A program made the position numbers and the translations under genes. 64,000 nt of DNA from an uncultured archaeon. Its GTDB lineage: Archaea; Asgardarchaeota; Thorarchaeia; Thorarchaeales; Thorarchaeaceae. Positions within the stretch are counted from its first letter, which is position 1; the number at the start of each line of letters is the position of its first letter. The stretch is from the NCBI GenBank assembly GCA_964610875.1, contig CAZSWP010000008.1, forward strand, positions 1-64,000, given 5' to 3'. Shown here one piece after another: positions 56,840 through 64,000 of the stretch. The notes beneath the pieces are model-generated. The model was not told the DNA's origin and did not search any database. It was given only the letters and a program-made list of their open reading frames with translations.

Positions 56840-58045
56840 TTAATCAAATCGCGTTGCAATGATTCCAACGACTGCTGCTACAATGATGATACCAATAATT
56901 AAACCAAGACGCCAATCTATTATCGGTCCAGCCGGATTATTTGGGTCCTCTTCAAACAACAATGTAGTGTAGGTACCTGACTCATCAAGCAGTCTTAATG
57001 CGTCAACCGCAAGACCAGCATAGAAAAGACGACCAGTTTCCTGTTCTGGAACGTTGCCCCATGAACCATCAGCAGCCTGACAATTAACAATGAATCTTGC
57101 TGCTACAGATTTATTGACATTATCCATTGCTGTTAGGAGTTCTAATGCTTCAAGAGCCGCATGAGTGGTCTTAAGGTTTGGGTCATTGGTGGAGTTTCCT
57201 TCTTCGAATCCTCCAACTAACATCTCCATATCACTATCTAGAACCTGACGATCAAGAATCCAATTCCTGATTACAGATGTATCACCTATTCTGGATAGTT
57301 CCCCAAGAATATCAAGCGCCATTAGTCCTGCTGTTGTGGCTTGTAGACTTGGTAGATTAGAGTTAGGATGTAGTTTGAATCCGTCTCCTTCGCTACAATC
57401 AAGTATCCACTCGATTGTTGCTGTTCGATTCCATAGATATTCATCCATTGATTTTCCCAGCTGAGTAACGTAATAGTCCATTACATAGAGCGACTGGAAT
57501 GTTGAAATAATGTCTGGTGTTTCATCAACATTACGTCCAAATCCTCCTGCTTCAGTTTGAGTTTTGTTCAAGAAGACGAGACCAGCAGTTTCGTTTATTT
57601 CTACTTTGGAAATTTGTGGAATATCACTGAACTTTTCTTGGCTTAGTAATTCCCACAACTTTAGACCATAATAGTTGTATTCAGTACTAACTGGACCTGC
57701 AATATATATTGCAAACGCTCCATAACGGTCGTAATCTTCACCACCACTCTTCCACTGAATTTTCCTTGTGAAGTTCTTCAACTTTAGGATATCTACACTT
57801 GGGGGTCTATAGTCAAATAGTCCTCGTTCGTCAAGAACCATTGCTGCTCCATATGTTGGATACAGTCTGGAAGCCTCACCATCGGGAAGGCTGTAGCCAC
57901 CTTCAACATCGGCATCATAATTTTCTGTCATGTATGCATTCAAAGAGTCCCATCTTGTACCTGGGTTTGCAGATACAGGTACTGTGAATGCAACACCAAC
58001 TAATGCCACAATAACCATAATACTAGCAATCTGGACCTTCTTCAT
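56840..58045 (-). CDS. Secreted, membrane-anchored prenyltransferase/squalene-cyclase (PFTB) repeat protein
   Basis: Signal peptide; QTEAGGF, WILDC..GDGF, WILDRQ..GGF, FIVNCQAADGSWG repeats; C-terminal TM. Confidence 0.8.
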   Translation of the reverse strand: MKKVQIASIMVIVALVGVAFTVPVSANPGTRWDSLNAYMTENYDADVEGGYSLPDGEASRLYPTYGAAMVLDERGLFDYRPPSVDILKLKNFTRKIQWKSGGEDYDRYGAFAIYIAGPVSTEYNYYGLKLWELLSQEKFSDIPQISKVEINETAGLVFLNKTQTEAGGFGRNVDETPDIISTFQSLYVMDYYVTQLGKSMDEYLWNRTATIEWILDCSEGDGFKLHPNSNLPSLQATTAGLMALDILGELSRIGDTSVIRNWILDRQVLDSDMEMLVGGFEEGNSTNDPNLKTTHAALEALELLTAMDNVNKSVAARFIVNCQAADGSWGNVPEQETGRLFYAGLAVDALRLLDESGTYTTLLFEEDPNNPAGPIIDWRLGLIIGIIIVAAVVGIIATRFD

Positions 58046-58172
58046 GTGGAATCCCGGCCAATTATCATCTCATTTAGAGCATCTGCTCGTGCGATGTGCC
58101 ACGACTGTGGCGGTGTTATTAACGTTTCCCCAAGGTAGAGAATTGTACCTTAAGAGCTATTAATGAAGTATA

Positions 58173-58643
58173 TTATCTCATTGAAAGCACTCGTGACAAA
58201 ACCTGTTTAATATCCAATAATTCTGGATTGAACTCTTTTGGTTCACTTTTTGAAATCTTTTTTATCAATTCGGGTATCTTTTCGAAATCCCTACACCATT
58301 TTATGTACCCATCACTCTCTAGTTTTTTGAGAATCTCCCATTGATGTGAATCTAGAACTGATGTATTTTCTACCCCAATCACACGTTTTCTCATAGTTAG
58401 GCATTCAAGGAGTGTTCCAGCTCCTCCTGTAGTAATGATAATATCCGCAGTTTCCAGTATTCCTTTGATGCTTTTAGATAAACGAAAGAACTTGGTTGAT
58501 TTGGGGATATATTTGCCTTCGCCAATTTGTATGACCACTCTGTCATTAATTGCACCTGATTTTATGTGTTCGTCGATTGCTTGAACTAAGGGGTCAAAAC
58601 TACTGGTGCCAACAGTCACAAATATCAGATTCTTTACCACCAA
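58173..58643 (-). CDS. Alg13/PssE-like glycosyltransferase GT28 C-terminal domain
   Basis: IFVTVGTSSFD.L, IQIG, ADII..GGAGTLLECL, V.N....DSHQ.E. Confidence 0.88.
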   Translation of the reverse strand: MVVKNLIFVTVGTSSFDPLVQAIDEHIKSGAINDRVVIQIGEGKYIPKSTKFFRLSKSIKGILETADIIITTGGAGTLLECLTMRKRVIGVENTSVLDSHQWEILKKLESDGYIKWCRDFEKIPELIKKISKSEPKEFNPELLDIKQVLSRVLSMR

Positions 58644-58693
58644 TCAAATCATTTGATAGGTTCTTAAGAGTCATACAATCCAGTTAATCATTG

Positions 58694-59656
58694 CTATCCG
58701 CCATAACCCCTGACATCTGTCTGAGCAATTTGACGAAGATATGTATAGGCTGAGTCTGCAGCAATAGCCCCCTGTCCTACTGCAACAGCGATTTGTTTCA
58801 TCGACTCAACAACATCTCCTGCAGCAAAGAATCCCAGTATGTTCGTGGCTTGCTTAGCATCTACTAATATCTCGCCGTTCTTGTTTGTTTCCACACCAAG
58901 TTCCTGGGCTAGCTGGCTTTCAGGCGAAGAGCCCAAAGCAATGAATGCTCCATCTACTTCAAGAGACGACTTTTCTCCTGTCTTGACATCTTCTAGTATT
59001 ACCTCACGAAGTAGGTCATCTCCTTTGAATTCAGTTACAATATGACTCCATTTTATCTCTACACGTGAGTTGAATACCATATCCTGCATCGCTTGTTCTG
59101 CTCGCAGTTCGTCACGTCTATGGATTAGATATGTTTTTGATGTCAATTCAGAAAGATATACTGCTTCCACTGTTGCAGTATTACCGCCACCAACCACTAG
59201 TACTTCTTTGTCCCTAAAGAGTGGACCATCACATGTGGCGCAAAAAGAAACACCTCTTCCTGTGAACTCTTCTTCCCCTGGGACATTAAGATGCCTGTGA
59301 CCTCCCCCTGTTGCATAAATCACAACCGATGCTCTATAATCCCCTCTTCTTGTTTCAAGGACAAACTGTCCATTATCATTATCCTTGGTGATCTTTTTTA
59401 CTTCTGTGATCTCTTTGATGGTGGCTCCACATTTCTTTACTTGTTCTTTCATCTTACTTGCAAGGTCTATACCTGTAATGAACGTATATCCAGGATAGTT
59501 CTCAATTCCTGGACTGGTAGCTTGTGCCCCGCCTAATACTTTTCCTTCAAGAAGTACCGTCTTCAATCCATATCGCGCAGCGTATATAGCGGCTGTCATT
59601 CCTGCAGGTCCACCGCCTACAATCACTACTTCCCAGTTCAAATCTTCGTTTGTCAT
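58694..59656 (-). CDS. trxB: Thioredoxin reductase
   Basis: GGGPAG, IENYPG, GVSFCATCDG, GGGNTA, HRRDELRA, FAAGD. Confidence 0.95.
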   Translation of the reverse strand: MTNEDLNWEVVIVGGGPAGMTAAIYAARYGLKTVLLEGKVLGGAQATSPGIENYPGYTFITGIDLASKMKEQVKKCGATIKEITEVKKITKDNDNGQFVLETRRGDYRASVVIYATGGGHRHLNVPGEEEFTGRGVSFCATCDGPLFRDKEVLVVGGGNTATVEAVYLSELTSKTYLIHRRDELRAEQAMQDMVFNSRVEIKWSHIVTEFKGDDLLREVILEDVKTGEKSSLEVDGAFIALGSSPESQLAQELGVETNKNGEILVDAKQATNILGFFAAGDVVESMKQIAVAVGQGAIAADSAYTYLRQIAQTDVRGYGG

Positions 59657-59688
59657 CTGATCGTCTCCAACTGCGTGCTTTCACATTC

Positions 59689-60553
59689 CTATGGAACTCC
59701 CAATGGCTTTTTAGTGATACCTAATGTCAATAAATCATCTTCGTCCAGATTGTCTTTTCCTGTAAGGTGTAATCTCCCTGAGGGGGTAAGCATCTCCAGA
59801 ATTCGACCGAAGGGCACTTCACGAATTGGTTGACTATTATATTTCTCTAGTCGAACTGCTTTCTGGAATTTATCAGGATTATATGAGAATACATGTCCTG
59901 GTCCAACTACAAAGACATGGTCAACACTAGTCAATCCATCCCATGGCCAAGCAGTATCATTAAAGTTTTCTATGATAGTATAGTCTGTATTTTGAAACAC
60001 TTTATTGAACGATTCACTCACACAGTTCTCAAAACTTGTCGCCTCAAATGCTGATATCTCCTCTAATTTTGAGAATTCTATAATATTGGCGTCTTTGGAC
60101 TTCATTTTCGGTTATAAGAACCTGTTTCTTTTGAATCACATCCGCCGCCATCAGAATAGTTCTGTTTATCTTTCCCTCAATGGGACAAGAATAGCGTCGA
60201 AGTGTAAGGATGGCATCCCATCCACTCAAGCCAAGTATGCTTCCACCAGATTTTCGGGGACTGTCAAGAACCCATGGTACGTATAGTGTATGTACTGGGT
60301 TCACGAGTTCCATAGGCATTTTCATCGCTAGAACTTGATTGATTCTGTAGGCATCTCTAGAATAGAGGAGTCTGTCTTCGAGACATCTTTGTGTGTGATT
60401 GTTATGATGCCAATAATTGTGGCCACTAACAGGTTTGAAATAATGGACCCGATATCCATCAGATTTCAACTTTGCTGCAATTCTCGTTGCAAGTAGTGTC
60501 TTTCCTGCATCAAAAGATGTCATTCCAACAACAAGAATTCTCTTGGTCAACAC
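59689..60553 (-). pseudogene. Archaeal P-loop NTPase split by a frameshift near 60100
   Basis: ORF 60044-60553 carries G..SFDAGKT and FKPVSGHN; overlapping ORF 59689-60105 carries IIENFND.AWP; the frames differ by +1. Confidence 0.6.
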
Positions 60554-60561
60554 TACAACCT

Positions 60562-60595
60562 CAAAAAAGAAGAAAAAGGAGCCATAAAGGCTCCT
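60562..60595 (-). terminator. Hairpin + T-run terminator of the thermosome gene
   Basis: AGGAGCC/GGCTCCT stem (60577-60595) followed on the minus strand by a T-rich run. Confidence 0.65.
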
Positions 60596-60615
60596 AGTTA
60601 TTTCTTGTTCCGATA

Positions 60616-62283
60616 TTACATCATGCCGGGCATGCCGCCCATGCCACCCATGCCGCCCATACCGCCTGGCATTCCACCGGCTCCCGGTGGAGGTGCTGCG
60701 CCTGCCTTAGCTGAGATGACATCATCAATTCTGAGAATCATCTGTGCTGCTTCGGAAGCTGAACGGATTGCTTGGTGTTTGACTCTTGCTGGTTCAATTA
60801 CACCAGATTTCATCATGTCGGAGGTCTTACCTTTCAGGACATCAACACCGTACCAAATACCAGTATCATCTGAATGGTCCTTGATTAGGTCAGCAATGAT
60901 ATCTATGGGGTCATGACCACCATTCTCAGCTAGTGTTTTTGGAACTACTCTGAGTGACTCGGCAAAAGCTTCGATGGCTAATTGCTCACGGCCACCCACC
61001 TTTGTGGCAAAAGCATCAAGACGTTTCGCAACTTCTGCTTCTACAGCTCCACCACCCGCAACATATGTTGCGTCCTCAACAACATTTCTTACAACACAAA
61101 GGGCATCATGTAGAGCTCTGTCAGCTTCATCGACGACATGTTCTGTGCCACCACGGATGACAATGGATACAGCTTTTGGATCCTTGCAATCCTTGACATA
61201 GACAAGTTTGTCGTCTCCGATTTTGACCTCTTCTACGGTACCTGCAATTCCTAGAGTATCTGCATCAAGTTCATCAATACTGGTAGCGACCTTGCCGCCA
61301 GTTGCCTTAGCTAGTTTCTCTAGTGTGCTCTTCTTAGCTCTTCGAATGGCCATAATGCCTTGTTTAGCAAGATAGTGTTGGGCAACATCGTCAATACCTT
61401 TCTGACAGATTAGCACGTTTGCACCACTTGCAATGATTTTATCGACAATGTTCTTTAACATGCGTTCCTCTTCATCGAGGAATGCCTTCATCTGGTCAGG
61501 ACTATCAATTTTTATCTCTGCATCAAACTCTGTCTTTTCGACTTCAATTGCAGTGTTGACAAGAGCTATCTTTGCATCAGTGATTCTCTTTGGCATTGAT
61601 GCATGAACAATCTCTTTATCAATTACCATACCTGTAACGAGTTCTGTTTGAGTGAGACTCTTACCTTGCTTCTTGATAATCTCAATCATATCGATATCTG
61701 CCTCGACCTTGCCATCGCTCTCTTCTCTAATCTGAAGAACTGCATCTACTGCAATCTTTGCGAAGTGTTCCTTAGCACCAATCACTGATTTGCTATTCAT
61801 GGATGTTTCTGCAATGCTGGTGAGGATCTTCTTGTCCATACCTTCCATTGCAACACCAATCTCATCAATAATCTTGGTTGCCTGCTCAGCAGCTTTCTGA
61901 TATCCACCAACAACGATTGTGGGGTGGATCTTCTTTTCTAACAAATCTTGTGCTCGCTTGAGCAGTTCTCCAGCAATAACTACTGAAGTTGTGGTACCAT
62001 CACCCGTTTCAGAGTCTTGGCTTTTAGCTACTTCAACAAGCATCTTGGCTGCTGGATGCTGAACGTCAATCTCTTTAAGGATTGAGGCACCATCGTTAGT
62101 GATTGTGACATCGCCGAGTGAATCGACTAGCATCTTGTCCATACCTCGTGGGCCGAGCGTGGACTTGACTGCATCTGAGATCACAATACCTGCCATGATG
62201 TTGTTGGACTGTGCGGACTTACCGCGTGTTCTGTTTGTGCCCTCTTTAAGAATGAGGACAGGAGTTCCAGACAACTGTGACAT
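60616..62283 (-). CDS. ths: Thermosome (group II chaperonin) subunit
   Basis: [35 protein letters not shown]-terminal GGM repeats. Confidence 0.97.
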   Translation of the reverse strand: MSQLSGTPVLILKEGTNRTRGKSAQSNNIMAGIVISDAVKSTLGPRGMDKMLVDSLGDVTITNDGASILKEIDVQHPAAKMLVEVAKSQDSETGDGTTTSVVIAGELLKRAQDLLEKKIHPTIVVGGYQKAAEQATKIIDEIGVAMEGMDKKILTSIAETSMNSKSVIGAKEHFAKIAVDAVLQIREESDGKVEADIDMIEIIKKQGKSLTQTELVTGMVIDKEIVHASMPKRITDAKIALVNTAIEVEKTEFDAEIKIDSPDQMKAFLDEEERMLKNIVDKIIASGANVLICQKGIDDVAQHYLAKQGIMAIRRAKKSTLEKLAKATGGKVATSIDELDADTLGIAGTVEEVKIGDDKLVYVKDCKDPKAVSIVIRGGTEHVVDEADRALHDALCVVRNVVEDATYVAGGGAVEAEVAKRLDAFATKVGGREQLAIEAFAESLRVVPKTLAENGGHDPIDIIADLIKDHSDDTGIWYGVDVLKGKTSDMMKSGVIEPARVKHQAIRSASEAAQMILRIDDVISAKAGAAPPPGAGGMPGGMGGMGGMGGMPGMM

Positions 62284-62356
62284 TTTTTGTTTCCCCTATT
62301 GTTTTGTTTTCTTTCGCTATGGAATTTCAATTTCACATAGGTCTTTGATTCATTTC

Positions 62357-62414
62357 TAAAACTGTACATGCACTTCGCATGTACTGCTAATAAAACTGTG
62401 CATGTACTTCGCAT
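62357..62414. repeat. 24-bp direct repeat pair with near-palindromic core upstream of the thermosome gene
   Basis: TAAAACTGTACATGCACTTCGCAT (62357-62380) and TAAAACTGTGCATGTACTTCGCAT (62391-62414). Confidence 0.75.
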
Positions 62415-63093
62415 AAAAACCTTGTCTTCGAGGGCATAATTTATCCGTTTTCTTATTTCTTGCGTTTCTAAAGATTCTACCAGATATTTCATGTCTTACT
62501 CTTTCTATGAAGGAATCATTGAGCATACAAGAATCGGGTATGTTCAACATAGTTAAATAGAGTTGAAAGTGGTGCAGTTCCACCCGATTAACGCAAGTAA
62601 AGCATAGTTGATTATAGTTGTAGTATCTTCCCATGTTTCTTGGTCTTTGCTGTGATAATAACGGTATCTTCGAGGGCTCTGTTTCTTTTCCCCCCTCTTG
62701 TAGGTTCTTGAAACCTCTACAAGCCATTCTTGTGGACCATTAATAGATTTGTTGAATCACATTGACCTGAGTATATTCATTACTGTTAACCGAAGTTGTA
62801 TCAGATATATTTCCCATTACAGTAACTAAAAATGTGCATGGTCTTTCTAGAAAACTAACACACGAATCAAATATCATCACTTTGTTTAATCCAATCGAAA
62901 GACGTTGTATAGCATTCTGGATAATTATGTAAATACTCTTTGTGATTTAGCTGAATCCTGACTGCTGATATTTTGTAATCTTCGTTTTATTTTTTTTTGA
63001 TGGATTTTCTGGTATCAATTCGAATGGTAAGTTTTTGCCTCAATAATTCTAGAAATTTTATATGATTGGCTAGTTCAAGTCACAATCCCCAGT

Positions 63094-63711
63094 TTATGGT
63101 TTTCTGTCGTGCTTTCTAGCAATACAAATGAAATAGCCTTCATCATCTCTTGTGAATGTAACTGAAAGCCCATTTTCCTCCATCATTTTCTGAAGCTGTT
63201 CCATGCTGGGCAAGAAATCATACTTGACCTCTGCACCAGCGTTCAAGTGCAAGCTGTTGATAAAATCTGCTGAATTGGAGTGAGCTACTACTAAACGACC
63301 TCCTTTCTTCAAAGCCATAGACAATTTTTGTAGAGCTAGAGGTTTGTCAACAAAATGGGGAAAGCATGAATAACAGACCACCAAATCAAATTCCTCATGG
63401 TAATCAAGATCATAGAGATCAGAAACAAGAAAAGAAATCCTAGGATGTTTTTTTTTGGGATATTTCGAACGGGCTATCTCAATCATCTTTTCTGAGTAAT
63501 CTATTGCAACAACACTACCCTCTGTTAGGTATTTTTCGTAAAACGGTATCAAGATTCCTGTACCTGTGCCAATATCCAGTATCTTATCTCTGCTTTGTAT
63601 TTCCTGTAATTCAATTATGTAGTGAACTTTTTCGAGGTCGTGAGTAGTGATTTCATCCCATATAGCAGCTTTTTCATTGAAGAAGTCTTTTTGTCTTGGA
63701 TGGGGATTCAT
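63094..63711 (-). CDS. Class I SAM-dependent methyltransferase
   Basis: ILDIGTGTG, IDYSEKM, FDLVVCYSCFPHF, LKKGGRLVVAH. Confidence 0.9.
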   Translation of the reverse strand: MNPHPRQKDFFNEKAAIWDEITTHDLEKVHYIIELQEIQSRDKILDIGTGTGILIPFYEKYLTEGSVVAIDYSEKMIEIARSKYPKKKHPRISFLVSDLYDLDYHEEFDLVVCYSCFPHFVDKPLALQKLSMALKKGGRLVVAHSNSADFINSLHLNAGAEVKYDFLPSMEQLQKMMEENGLSVTFTRDDEGYFICIARKHDRKP

Positions 63712-64000
63712 TGCTGTGCCTCCATGAAAATGGGGATGACTACAGGTATACCCCGGACATTTTCCACATACGCGTCGATGTTATAAACCGCTTTGATGTT
63801 CTCTGGAGTGATTATTTCGTGATCTCCTACAGCATAAACCATGCCGTCTTTCATCAAAACGAACTTATCGGAATAGCGAATAGCTAAGTTCAGGTCGTGA
63901 CTAATCATGACGACCGCGATATGGTACCTTTGGACTATGTTTTTGATCAATTGCATAATCATATGCTGGTTAGACAGGTCAAGACGGTTTGTTTGTTCAT
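63708..64000 (-). CDS. Iron-chelate/cobalamin ABC transporter ATPase, C-terminal part (starts outside window)
   Basis: EQTNRLDLSNQ, SHDLNLA.RYSD, MKDG, IT.ENIKAVY; frame open to the window edge. Confidence 0.85.
   Translation of the reverse strand, partial: EQTNRLDLSNQHMIMQLIKNIVQRYHIAVVMISHDLNLAIRYSDKFVLMKDGMVYAVGDHEIITPENIKAVYNIDAYVENVRGIPVVIPIFMEAQQ

Noticed and set aside
60616-60690. GC-rich short repeats
   Set aside because: They encode the ordinary GGM tail of the chaperonin.
1-64000. Selenoprotein (UGA readthrough) or SECIS
   Set aside because: No gene appeared truncated at a UGA in a catalytic Cys position; not checked exhaustively.

Overview
An archaeal chromosomal segment of roughly 40% GC. 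It is most likely from an Asgard archaeon (Thorarchaeia-like); this is inferred from archaeal markers (thermosome, ZPR1, DUF2070, DUF359, DUF35-thiolase-HMGS) plus several eukaryotic-signature-like proteins. Housekeeping and metabolic content: 2-oxoacid:ferredoxin oxidoreductase delta-alpha-beta, PadR plus a heterodimeric ABC exporter, membrane PPase, TldD/E, NfnAB, NnrE/D, the upper mevalonate operon, TrxR, thermosome and tRNA-Ala(UGC). The main items of interest: (1) an Smc5/6-type SMC-kleisin-KITE locus led by an apparently inactive AAA+ protein and divergently linked to a MoxR ATPase and a HEXXH-vWA protein; (2) a ~120-nt intergenic RNA candidate built from two tandem pairs of loop-complementary hairpins; (3) a truncated IS110-type transposase start beside a bridge-RNA-like two-internal-loop structure; (4) a protein with eight Zn-ribbon repeats fused to an adaptin/COPI-appendage-like module; (5) an NPRL2-like longin/winged-helix protein; (6) a second sRNA candidate and several apparent pseudo-enzymes. 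All family assignments come from motif recognition by eye; no searches were run.
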